DNA of 64,000 bases from an uncultured Alphaproteobacteria bacterium. GTDB lineage: Bacteria; Pseudomonadota; Alphaproteobacteria; HIMB59; GCA-002718135. Where the stretch lies: NCBI GenBank assembly GCA_902621855.1, contig CACNNQ010000003.1, positions 23,676-87,675 on the forward strand. The letters are read 5' to 3'. Below the pieces are notes generated by a model. That model was not told the origin of the DNA. It ran no database searches and saw only the letters and a list, made by a program, of their open reading frames with translations. This document shows positions 32,302 to 40,568 of the stretch, one piece after another; the stretch's first letter is position 1; each line of letters starts with the position of its first letter. Both the position numbers and the translations under genes were made by a program.

Positions 32302-34401
32302 ATGTTAAAAAAAAATACCACTTATAACTATGCAAACAGGGAATTGTCTTGGCTAAAATTCAATGAAAGAGTCTTAAGTCAGACATCTGATAGTAAAATT
32401 CCACTTTTAGAAAGGGTTAGATTTTTATCAATAGCATTCTCTAATTTAGATGAATTTTTTATGGTTAGAGTAGCAGGATTGAATGTTCAAAAATTTTCAC
32501 GAAATAAAAGTTTTGATGGATTAACACCACAACAACAACTCAAGCTGATAGATAAAGAAACATCGAAGATGATTTCAAATATAAAATCAATATGGATAGA
32601 TTTACTAAGAGAGCTTTCAGAAAACAAAATCCATATAGATGTAGAAAAAACACTGAAAACAAAAGATAAAACATTTATTAAAAATTATTTAGAAGAAAAT
32701 AATTGGGGAGTTTTAACGCCAATTATTATTGATCCATCTCACCCATTTCCTTTTATACCAAATAAAGAAACAACCTTAGTATGTCGTTTAATAAATAATA
32801 AAAAAACTTTTTATGGAATACTGAGAGTGCCAGAGGGATTAGAAAAATTTATTAAATTACCTGGTAAAAAAAAACGTTTTGTATCTATGGAGACAGCCCT
32901 ACTTATTTCTCTAAAAGAAATTTTCCAGTGTGATAGGGTTTTGGATAAAGGTGTTTTTAGACCAATTAGGAATAGTGAATTAGAATTAGGTGGTGAGGGA
33001 GAAGATTTATTTTTAGTATTTCAAAAAGCTATTTTTGAGAGAAGAAGACAAGAGGTAATAAGAATTGATTTTGATGAAAGTATATCTAGTCACTTAATTA
33101 AATTCATAAATAAAAAACTTAACTATAAGGATGTAAATACATATAAACTGCCAATACCCGTTAATCTTTCGAGTATAGAGTCAATTTTTTTGAAAGATTT
33201 TAAAAAATTATTTTTTCCAAAATTTAAGGTACGATTTCCTGAAAGAATTAAAGATTTTAAAAATGATTATTTTAAAGCTATAGCAAATAAAGATATTGTT
33301 ATTCATCACCCTTTTGAATCTTTTGAAGTAGTGACTCAGTTTATTGATCAAGCTGCAGATGACCCAAAAGTCTTATCAATAAAACATACTTTATACCGAA
33401 CTACTGATGACTCACCAATAGAAGCAAGTTTAGTTAGAGCAGCACAAAAAGGAAAATTAGTAACTGTCATTATAGAGTTGCAAGCACGTTTTGATGAAGA
33501 GCGTAACTTAAAATGGGCAAAAGAATTAGAATTAGCTGGTGCGCAAGTTGTTTTTGGCAATATTGATATGAAAACTCATGCAAAAATTACACTTGTAACA
33601 AGGAAGCAAATGAATTCTGTTGTAAATTACGCACATTATGGAACAGGTAATTATCACCCAAGAAATGCAAGAGTTTATATGGATTTATCTTACTTCACCT
33701 GTGACAAAACATTAACAAATGATGCTGCAAAAATGTTTAATTATTTAACTAGTTATTCAGAACCAACCACAATAAAAAAAATAGTATATTCTCCAATAAC
33801 TGCAAGAAACAAATTAAATGAACTAATTAGAAATGAAATTACAAATGCTGGAAAAAATAAACCATCTGGAATAGTATGTAAGTGTAATTCTCTTGTTGAT
33901 AAACAAATTATTGATGAATTTTATAAAGCATCTCAAAAAAATGTAAAAATTGAATTGTTGATAAGAGGAATTTGCTCTCTAATACCTGGTAAAGAAAATC
34001 TATCGGAAAATATAGTTGTTAAAAGTATAATTGGTCGTTTTTTAGAACATACGAGAATATATTGTTTTTATAACGGTCATAAATTCCCTCATAGAAAAAA
34101 TATCTTGTTTATTTCTTCTGCCGATTTAATGCAAAGAAATCTAGATAGGCGGGTTGAAACATTCATCCCTATTGAAAATGAAACTGTACATGAACAAATA
34201 TTAAATCAGATCTTAATTGCCAGTATGGCAGATAATACAAATTCTTGGCAAATGTTGAGTAATGGCAATTATCAGAAAAAAGAAATATCAAGCAAAGAAA
34301 AAAAATTTTCCTCTCACAATTTTTTTATCAAAAATCCAAGCTTGTCTGGGAGGGGTTCAGCAAAACTCAAATCTAGAGCTAAGTCTAATTTAAAAATTTG
34401 A
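32302..34401 (+). CDS. ppk1: Polyphosphate kinase 1
   Basis: NRELSWLKFNERV, NLDEFFMVRVAG, HHPFESF, ARFDEERN, SADLMQRNLDRRVE. Confidence 0.97.
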   Translation: MLKKNTTYNYANRELSWLKFNERVLSQTSDSKIPLLERVRFLSIAFSNLDEFFMVRVAGLNVQKFSRNKSFDGLTPQQQLKLIDKETSKMISNIKSIWIDLLRELSENKIHIDVEKTLKTKDKTFIKNYLEENNWGVLTPIIIDPSHPFPFIPNKETTLVCRLINNKKTFYGILRVPEGLEKFIKLPGKKKRFVSMETALLISLKEIFQCDRVLDKGVFRPIRNSELELGGEGEDLFLVFQKAIFERRRQEVIRIDFDESISSHLIKFINKKLNYKDVNTYKLPIPVNLSSIESIFLKDFKKLFFPKFKVRFPERIKDFKNDYFKAIANKDIVIHHPFESFEVVTQFIDQAADDPKVLSIKHTLYRTTDDSPIEASLVRAAQKGKLVTVIIELQARFDEERNLKWAKELELAGAQVVFGNIDMKTHAKITLVTRKQMNSVVNYAHYGTGNYHPRNARVYMDLSYFTCDKTLTNDAAKMFNYLTSYSEPTTIKKIVYSPITARNKLNELIRNEITNAGKNKPSGIVCKCNSLVDKQIIDEFYKASQKNVKIELLIRGICSLIPGKENLSENIVVKSIIGRFLEHTRIYCFYNGHKFPHRKNILFISSADLMQRNLDRRVETFIPIENETVHEQILNQILIASMADNTNSWQMLSNGNYQKKEISSKEKKFSSHNFFIKNPSLSGRGSAKLKSRAKSNLKI

Positions 34402-34416
34402 AAATGGAATTTAATC

Positions 34417-34465
34417 CCACTCACAATAATTGGACATAAGCAGGAAGAAATAATACTGCGAGTGG
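34417..34465 (-). ncRNA. Putative hairpin small RNA, copy 1
   Basis: CCACUCGCAG...UUGUGAGUGG stem with G-U pairs that form only on the minus strand; loop UUCUUCCU. Confidence 0.4.
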
Positions 34466-34544
34466 TAAGATGTAATTAAATTTTATTTTTTACAAACGTG
34501 TTAATAGAATATTAAATTTTTATAAATTAAACTAATTTTTTAAT

Positions 34545-34607
34545 TTATTGGTTTTCAAATAAATTTTTTAGTTCCTTCAATTTTTGAAAATTGAATCTCT
34601 TACTTCT
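34545..34607 (-). pseudogene. 3'-terminal remnant of arsC
   Basis: Reads EVRDSIF-(1-nt deletion)-KLKELKNLFENQ*, versus intact arsC EVRDSIFDKLKELKNLFEN*. Confidence 0.85.
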
Positions 34608-34627
34608 TAGTAACTATAATTTTAAAA

Positions 34628-35623
34628 TTAATTTTTTGCATTTACAACATTTGATAGAAATTGATTTGCACATTTATCCCAAGTAAATTGCATTGCAAAT
34701 TTTCTACAATCTTTTCTATCAATCTTTAAGGCTTTATTAAGTGAGTTTTCAATATTATTATCAAGGCTATCAATTAATGAGTTTTTTAAAATATCTTTAG
34801 GACCTGTTACTGGGTAAGCAGCCACTGGTGTGCCAGAGGCTAAAGACTCTAAAATTACATTTCCAAATGTATCTGTTTTGGATGGGAATACCAATGCTTC
34901 AGCATTTGCATAATAGTTTGCTAGGTCTTGACCTTTTTTCATCCCAACGAAATACACATATGGATATTTATTTTGTAATCGTTGCTTTTCTGGACCATCT
35001 CCAACAACAATTTTATGCATCTTAGTTCTTATTTCTAAAAACGCTTCGATGTTTTTTTCTAATGAAACCCTACCAATGTAAACAATATACCTTTTCATTC
35101 CTTTTTTTCTTTTTAAAGGATTAAATAATTCAGTATTAACTCCCCTTGACCAAATTTTAAGATTTTGAAATTGATATTTAGTTAATTCGTTACGCATAGA
35201 TATTGTTGGGACCAATACATTACATGCATTTTTATGAAAATTTTTTAAAAAAGAGTACCCAATTATTTTTGGTATCATTATTCTTTGCTCTATATATTCT
35301 GGAAATCTCGTATGAAAAGAGGTTGTATATCTCAACTTATTATTCTCACAGAATTTTTTCCCTGCAATTCCAACTGGTCCTTCAGTGGCAATATGTATAA
35401 CATCTGGATCATAATCACCAAAAAATTTTTCTGTTATTTTTTTTGTATTAATTGCTATTTTTATTTCCTTATACCAAGGATAACTAAAATTAGTAAACAT
35501 CATTGGGTGGAGTACTTCAATTTGATACTTTTGTTTTAAAAATGGATTAATATGTTGGTATGTATTTACCACACCATTAACTTGGGGAAGCCAAGCATCG
35601 GTAATGATCGCTAATTTTTTCAC
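34628..35623 (-). CDS. agt: GT4 glycosyltransferase, Agt-like, copy 2
   Basis: DAWLPQVNGVV, TEGPVG, FPSKTDTFG; clear paralog of 29170-30171. Confidence 0.8.
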   Translation of the reverse strand: MKKLAIITDAWLPQVNGVVNTYQHINPFLKQKYQIEVLHPMMFTNFSYPWYKEIKIAINTKKITEKFFGDYDPDVIHIATEGPVGIAGKKFCENNKLRYTTSFHTRFPEYIEQRIMIPKIIGYSFLKNFHKNACNVLVPTISMRNELTKYQFQNLKIWSRGVNTELFNPLKRKKGMKRYIVYIGRVSLEKNIEAFLEIRTKMHKIVVGDGPEKQRLQNKYPYVYFVGMKKGQDLANYYANAEALVFPSKTDTFGNVILESLASGTPVAAYPVTGPKDILKNSLIDSLDNNIENSLNKALKIDRKDCRKFAMQFTWDKCANQFLSNVVNAKN

Positions 35624-36426
35624 ACTAATACACTTTCTGCTAGTTTGTTATGTTTATGTTGAAAAATTTTTTCTCTTTCAATTGACCAGTCAATAAGGGA
35701 TAATTGTCCCTCATTATTTTCCACTAGCGCAGAACAACTCTCAACCCAATCACCATCATTGCAATATAAAACTCCATTTAATTTTTTTATAATGGGCTTA
35801 TGAATATGGCCGCACACAACAACATCAGCATTTGCTCTTTTAGCACTATCAGATACGGCAAACTCAAAGTTAGAAATAAAATTCGTGGCTCTTTTTGTTT
35901 GATGTTTGAGAAATTGAGATAATGACCAATAAGATAGACCTAGTTTTCTTCTGACAAAATTTAGATAGTTATTCAACTTTAATATAAATTCGTATAGAGA
36001 TGACCCAATACTTGCCAGCCATTTAGCGTTTAATATAACTGCATCAAATTCATCACCATGTAAAACAAGGGCATTTCTTCCATCAGCTAATTTGTGTGTA
36101 AACTTATTTTTTATTGATATATTCCCTAGTGAAAAACTTGTGTAACTTTTCACAAGTTCGTCATGATTACCTGGGATAAATATTACTTTTGTACCTTTTC
36201 TTGCTTTACGCAAAATCTTCTGGATAATGTCATTATGAGTTTGATGCCAATAAATTTTTTTTTTCATTCTCCATGCATCAATAATATCGCCAACTAAAAA
36301 TAAATATTTTGAATCTGTTGATCTCAAAAATTCAAGAAGCATTTCACTCTTGCTATTTTCTGTTCCAAGATGAAGATCAGATATCCATATAGTTCTATAA
36401 TATGAAACTGATTGCTGATCTTTCAT
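35620..36426 (-). CDS. plcP: PlcP-type phospholipase C, copy 2
   Basis: SDLHLG, GNHDE, HGDEFD, CGHIH, NDGDWVES; paralog of 28368-29180. Confidence 0.85.
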   Translation of the reverse strand: MKDQQSVSYYRTIWISDLHLGTENSKSEMLLEFLRSTDSKYLFLVGDIIDAWRMKKKIYWHQTHNDIIQKILRKARKGTKVIFIPGNHDELVKSYTSFSLGNISIKNKFTHKLADGRNALVLHGDEFDAVILNAKWLASIGSSLYEFILKLNNYLNFVRRKLGLSYWSLSQFLKHQTKRATNFISNFEFAVSDSAKRANADVVVCGHIHKPIIKKLNGVLYCNDGDWVESCSALVENNEGQLSLIDWSIEREKIFQHKHNKLAESVLV

Positions 36427-36437
36427 TTTATTAATAA

Positions 36438-36482
36438 ATAATAGAAAGAATTTGTTAAAATTTTATTTCAATTACATTAACT
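36438..36482 (-). promoter_or_regulatory. Pho-box array and -10 element upstream of plcP copy 2
   Basis: AGTTAAT-gtaa-TTGAAAT-aaaa-TTTTAAC, exactly 10 nt, then TATTAT (canonical Pho-promoter spacing). Confidence 0.6.
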
Positions 36483-36504
36483 AAATTTTTTTTTTACAGA
36501 AGTA

Positions 36505-37347
36505 TTAATTAAATATTGAGTTTTTATTACTTGGATCTAATCTATAAGTGCTATTCCTTAAAAATTTTGTAATCTCAATAAGATTGCCAATTTCTTTTAT
36601 GGTTTCAAAGGGTATTCTTTGTCCAATATGAACATCAATTTTTTTTCCCATTCTTCTTTTAAGTTCATATATCATTAAAGAATATCGAAAGACTTGCCCA
36701 ATTTTATCAGCAACATGAAAAAGTTCGCTATTTTGTCCTTCAAAAAAAATTGGGAGGACAGGTGATTGAGTTTTCATTATTATTTTTGAAGTAAATTGTT
36801 TCCATTCACGATCTATTGCTTTGATTCCTTTTTTTAATTTTGGTTTCGTTGAAACTGATCCTGATGGAAAAATGATTAGTGCCCCATTATTTCTTAAGTG
36901 TTCTTCGCATTCTTTACGTGCAGCGATATTATTTATTAAAGCATTTCTATTTTTTGAAAAATCAAGAGGAATAATTTTATTCTTAATAAGATCTGCTCCT
37001 TGTAAAACTTTATGCGTAATAATTTTGTAATCTTGTCTAATTTTACTAATTAAAGAGCATATTGTAAGACCATCAGCTATTCCAAAGGCATGGTTAGCGA
37101 TTACTACAAGTTTGCCATTTTTAGAAATATTACTTTTAGAATGATAATGTGTCTGAATACGGAGACCTAATCTTTCAATTGCATCATGCCAAAAATTCTC
37201 TGGAGGTAAATTTTCTCTTAAATAATCCTCATACAACTTACGTAACTTAATTTTACCCGTTCCCAATTCGGTTAATTGAATAATAATCTTTCCAACAGGA
37301 TTAACTTCGGAGTTAGAAAAGGTAAGCGCTGGTTTATTAATTTTCAT
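36505..37347 (-). CDS. Lysophospholipid acyltransferase-family protein
   Basis: ANHAFGIADG catalytic H/D motif, IFPSGSVS, PVLPIFFEGQNS. Confidence 0.8.
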   Translation of the reverse strand: MKINKPALTFSNSEVNPVGKIIIQLTELGTGKIKLRKLYEDYLRENLPPENFWHDAIERLGLRIQTHYHSKSNISKNGKLVVIANHAFGIADGLTICSLISKIRQDYKIITHKVLQGADLIKNKIIPLDFSKNRNALINNIAARKECEEHLRNNGALIIFPSGSVSTKPKLKKGIKAIDREWKQFTSKIIMKTQSPVLPIFFEGQNSELFHVADKIGQVFRYSLMIYELKRRMGKKIDVHIGQRIPFETIKEIGNLIEITKFLRNSTYRLDPSNKNSIFN

Positions 37348-37378
37348 AAAATTTACTTTAAATTCTTAATTTTATAAT

Positions 37379-37396
37379 GTTAAACAATTGTTAAAG
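37379..37396 (-). promoter_or_regulatory. Possible Pho box upstream of the acyltransferase
   Basis: CTTTAAC-aatt-GTTTAAC. Confidence 0.45.
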
Positions 37397-37421
37397 TACT
37401 CGAAAAAGGAGAAATAAAAAA

Positions 37422-37619
37422 TTAATCCCACTCACAATTATTGGTAATTAGCAGGAGGAAATAATACTGTGAGTGGTAAGAAACATTTAAATTTTATTGT
37501 TTACAAATAGATTAATGGAATATTAAATTTTTATAAATTTAATTAATTTTTAACTTCATTAATTCTCAAATAAATTTTTTAGTTCTTTCAATTTATCAAA
37601 AATTGAATCTCTTACTTCT
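37422..37619. repeat. Direct repeat copy 2 (~198 bp), overlapping the intact arsC 3' end
   Basis: Aligns with 34411-34607. Confidence 0.95.
37428..37476 (-). ncRNA. Putative hairpin small RNA, copy 2
   Basis: CCACUCACA/UGUGAGUGG stem, loop UUCCUCCU, followed by AUUAAUUUUUU. Confidence 0.4.
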
Positions 37620-37978
37620 CTAAATTTATCTAATTGGTTTGAACTAAAATGATCTGATGCCGGATCATCAAATGGTATTGAAAATATCTGAGCTTTGGAA
37701 TTTAAAACTGGACATACCTCTTCTTTACAAAGCGTAAAAACGGTATTTAATTCATCTCTAAATTTGTTGTCTAAACTTTCAAAATCTTTTGAATAATGTT
37801 TTGATATATCAATATCGATTTCACCCATAACCTCGATAGCATTAGGATTAACTTCTTTGGGCACTGATCCTGCACTTTGAATAATGCAATTAGGATATAA
37901 TTTTTTTGCAATTCCTTCAGCCATTTGACTTCTTGCTGAATTAGCAACACACATAAAAAGAATATTTTTATTTTTCAT
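37559..37978 (-). CDS. arsC: Arsenate reductase, LMW-PTP (thioredoxin-coupled) type
   Basis: FMCVANSARSQMAEG, SAGS.P, TLCKEEVCP, DDPA, FREVRD. Confidence 0.88.
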   Translation of the reverse strand: MKNKNILFMCVANSARSQMAEGIAKKLYPNCIIQSAGSVPKEVNPNAIEVMGEIDIDISKHYSKDFESLDNKFRDELNTVFTLCKEEVCPVLNSKAQIFSIPFDDPASDHFSSNQLDKFREVRDSIFDKLKELKNLFEN

Positions 37979-38202
37979 GTTAGCAAATAAATATATCCAA
38001 AAATAAATAGTGGGAGTTGTAAACCAAAGTTTGTGAGCAGAGCTCTATCTTTTGTCATATAACCAACAATTGACCAACCAACAGCACCTGTACCGTGAAT
38101 AATTATGTTAATTGGATACGCATTTAAATTGGTTAATAATATTCCTGATAAAATTAACGCGGTGCTAAACCACTTAATTCTATTAATTGATAAATCTGTC
38201 AT
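37975..38202 (-). CDS. Small membrane protein of unknown function, translationally coupled to arsC
   Basis: 75 aa with three hydrophobic segments; ATGA overlap with arsC; GGAG RBS upstream. Confidence 0.7.
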   Translation of the reverse strand: MTDLSINRIKWFSTALILSGILLTNLNAYPINIIIHGTGAVGWSIVGYMTKDRALLTNFGLQLPLFIFGYIYLLT

Positions 38203-38257
38203 ATCTTCTCCTAAATTCTATATATTGCGAATATTACACTTTACTTAAAGATAAAGA

Positions 38258-38286
38258 TATTAATCAAATTGTAACAAAAATTTAAC
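38258..38286 (+). promoter_or_regulatory. Pho-box array upstream of DUF47-pit
   Basis: TATTAAT-caaa-TTGTAAC-aaaa-ATTTAAC. Confidence 0.65.
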
Positions 38287-38325
38287 ATTTCTTTCTTTTT
38301 TTTTGAAAAGTTCTATAAGCACGCC

Positions 38326-38988
38326 ATGTTTGGATTAAAAAGTGCATCATTATTTGGTGATACCAAAAAGCTTGAAAGAGAAATTGATGAGTTTGTTGAT
38401 ATTGTCTCTGAAGTGGGCTTAGTATTTAAATCGATAGTTCCAACTTATCTCAATCATTCCGCCAATGGTAAATTTGAGGAAATGGTTGAAAAAGTTAAAG
38501 AAATGGAAAGTAAGGCCGACAAAATTACAAAAGATGTTGAGCATACTCTTTATGAAGAAACACTAATCCCAGATGCAAGAAGTGATGTGTTACGACTTCT
38601 AGAACACATCGATGAATTAATTGGAATGTACCAAGGAAATTGCTATCACTTCTCTATTCAAAAACCTAATTTTCCAAAAGAATTTCATGAAGATCTTATT
38701 GAGTTAACAGAGACTGTTGTAAATTGTGTTGAGTCACTTTGTTTGACTGTCCAATCATTTTTTAGAGATATTAAATCTGTTAGAGATAATGCTCATAAAG
38801 TAACTTTTTATGAAAAAGAATCTGATATAAAATTTAGTTCACTTGCAAGAAGAATTTTTGATTCTGAATTACCTCTAGATCAAAAAATGCATCTTCGATA
38901 TTTTGTAGAAAAGATTGATCGTATTTGTGATCAAGCAGAAGACATAGCTGACGAGGTTCAAATTTACGCTATTAAACGTTCCGTTTAA
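38326..38988 (+). CDS. DUF47/PhoU-like Pit accessory protein
   Basis: ESKADKI, EKESD, IDRICDQAEDIAD; directly upstream of a PiT gene. Confidence 0.85.
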   Translation: MFGLKSASLFGDTKKLEREIDEFVDIVSEVGLVFKSIVPTYLNHSANGKFEEMVEKVKEMESKADKITKDVEHTLYEETLIPDARSDVLRLLEHIDELIGMYQGNCYHFSIQKPNFPKEFHEDLIELTETVVNCVESLCLTVQSFFRDIKSVRDNAHKVTFYEKESDIKFSSLARRIFDSELPLDQKMHLRYFVEKIDRICDQAEDIADEVQIYAIKRSV

Positions 38989-38994
38989 TTTTCA

Positions 38995-40047
38995 ATGGAA
39001 ATTACAATTCTAATTTTTTTATTTGGTGGTCTTTTTTTAGGTTGGTCACTTGGTGCCAATGATGCAGCAAATGTTTTTGGAACTGCAGTTGGAACACGAA
39101 TGGTTAGTTTCACAAGTGCAGCAATAATTTGTAGTGTCTTTGTTATTCTAGGTGCAATTATTAGCGGAGCAGGTACAACAGAAACCTTAGGAAAGTTAGG
39201 TGCTATTAATGCATTGCCTGGTGCTTTTGCAGCATGTGTGGCTGCAGGAATATCTGTTTATTTAATGACTAAAGTTGGCTTGCCTGTTTCAACAACGCAA
39301 GCGATTGTTGGAGCAATTGTTGGTTGGAATTTATACACGGGATCTTCAACTAATCTTCAAGTTTTAATTACTATTTTAGGAACATGGATACTCTGCCCTA
39401 TCATTGCAGGAGTTATTGCAATGGGTTTATTTACTTTTACAAAAAGAGTTATACTCAATAGAAAATTACATATTCTCAGACTTGATGCCTATACAAGAAC
39501 AGCTTTACTTTTAGCAGGTGCTTTTGGTGCTTATAGTTTAGGTGCAAACAATATTGCTAATGTAATGGGTGTCTTCGTACCTATATCACCGTTTACTGAT
39601 GTTACTATTGGAAATTTATTCGTCTTTTCCTCAAAAGAACAACTATTTCTGCTGGGTGGTTTAGCCATAGCTGTTGGTGTTTTTACCTACTCGAAAAGAG
39701 TTATGTTTACCGTGGGTAATGATCTCTTAAAAATGACACCAGTGGCAGCATTTATTGTTGTTATATCGCATTCTATTGTTTTATTTTTATTTGCATCCCA
39801 GGGCATAAGTGCTTTTTTACAATCTATAAATCTTCCTTCTATACCTTTGGTACCAGTATCAAGTTCCCAAGCTGTTGTTGGTGGCGTAATTGGAATTGGT
39901 CTTTTAAAAGGAGGAAAAGAGGTTCAATGGTCAATTGCAGGAAGAATTTCTTTGGGTTGGATGACGCTACCTATAATTGCAGCTTTAATTTCTTTAATTG
40001 TTTTATTTATTCTAGAAAATATTTTTAATTTAACGGTCTCTTTTTAA
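38995..40047 (+). CDS. pit: PiT-family inorganic phosphate transporter
   Basis: GANDAAN, PVSTTQA, GANNIAN, PVSSSQA. Confidence 0.92.
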   Translation: MEITILIFLFGGLFLGWSLGANDAANVFGTAVGTRMVSFTSAAIICSVFVILGAIISGAGTTETLGKLGAINALPGAFAACVAAGISVYLMTKVGLPVSTTQAIVGAIVGWNLYTGSSTNLQVLITILGTWILCPIIAGVIAMGLFTFTKRVILNRKLHILRLDAYTRTALLLAGAFGAYSLGANNIANVMGVFVPISPFTDVTIGNLFVFSSKEQLFLLGGLAIAVGVFTYSKRVMFTVGNDLLKMTPVAAFIVVISHSIVLFLFASQGISAFLQSINLPSIPLVPVSSSQAVVGGVIGIGLLKGGKEVQWSIAGRISLGWMTLPIIAALISLIVLFILENIFNLTVSF

Positions 40048-40568
40048 TTAACTGCTCGATAAGAAAAAATAAAATCTTTCTGTATTTTAGATTCAATAGC
40101 TCCTTTTCTTCTTGATCGTACAAGATCAATAGCTTCTTGTTTTTCATAATTAAATTCAACAAGTAAAATAGCAGCTATAGTGCCAGCTCTTCCTTTTCCT
40201 CCACGACAATGTAAGACTATATTTTTACCATCTATCAATTCGTTCTTTAATAAAACTTTTGTTGTTTCCCATTTATATTTAAAATCTTTATCTGGTGCTC
40301 CCATGTCATAAATGGGTAAATGGTACCAATGTAATTTATGTTCATAAATATTTTTGACAAACAAAGTTTTATCACACAATTTTTCAAATTCGCTATCTTC
40401 AACAAAAGAAGTAATAGAACTACAATTATTATTTTTAAATATTTCTAATTCATTTGCTAAAATTGTTTCTTCAAATAAACCATTAGAGTTAAGACCTGGG
40501 AAAGAAGTTAATATAATTTTTCCTGCAAATGACTTAGAGTCAATAAAATCATAATTGCTAAATTGCAT
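40044..40568 (-). CDS. Dual-specificity (CDKN3-like) Cys phosphatase
   Basis: HLPIYDMGAP, HCRGGKGRAG (CX5R), VRSRRKGAIES. Confidence 0.85.
   Translation of the reverse strand: MQFSNYDFIDSKSFAGKIILTSFPGLNSNGLFEETILANELEIFKNNNCSSITSFVEDSEFEKLCDKTLFVKNIYEHKLHWYHLPIYDMGAPDKDFKYKWETTKVLLKNELIDGKNIVLHCRGGKGRAGTIAAILLVEFNYEKQEAIDLVRSRRKGAIESKIQKDFIFSYRAVN

Larger units (their letters stand above)
34411..34607. repeat. Direct repeat copy 1 (~197 bp): hairpin, Pho-like array and arsC 3' remnant
   Basis: Aligns end-to-end with 37422-37619; roughly 85% identical by hand alignment. Confidence 0.95.

Noticed and set aside
34439-34450. Plus-strand CAGGA(A/G)G as a CsrA/RsmA-binding sRNA motif
   Set aside because: One site per copy, and stem substitutions preserve pairing only on the minus strand. 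Not fully excluded.
28368-36426. Inverted plcP-agt paralogs as an invertible switch around ppx-sixA-ppk1
   Set aside because: The copies are too diverged and no invertase is present.
34411-37476. Hairpin repeat as a CRISPR array, SRP RNA or MITE
   Set aside because: Only two copies 3 kb apart, with no spacers or cas genes. It lacks the SRP CAGG-CCGGAAGG-AGCAGC core. No terminal inverted repeats or transposase.
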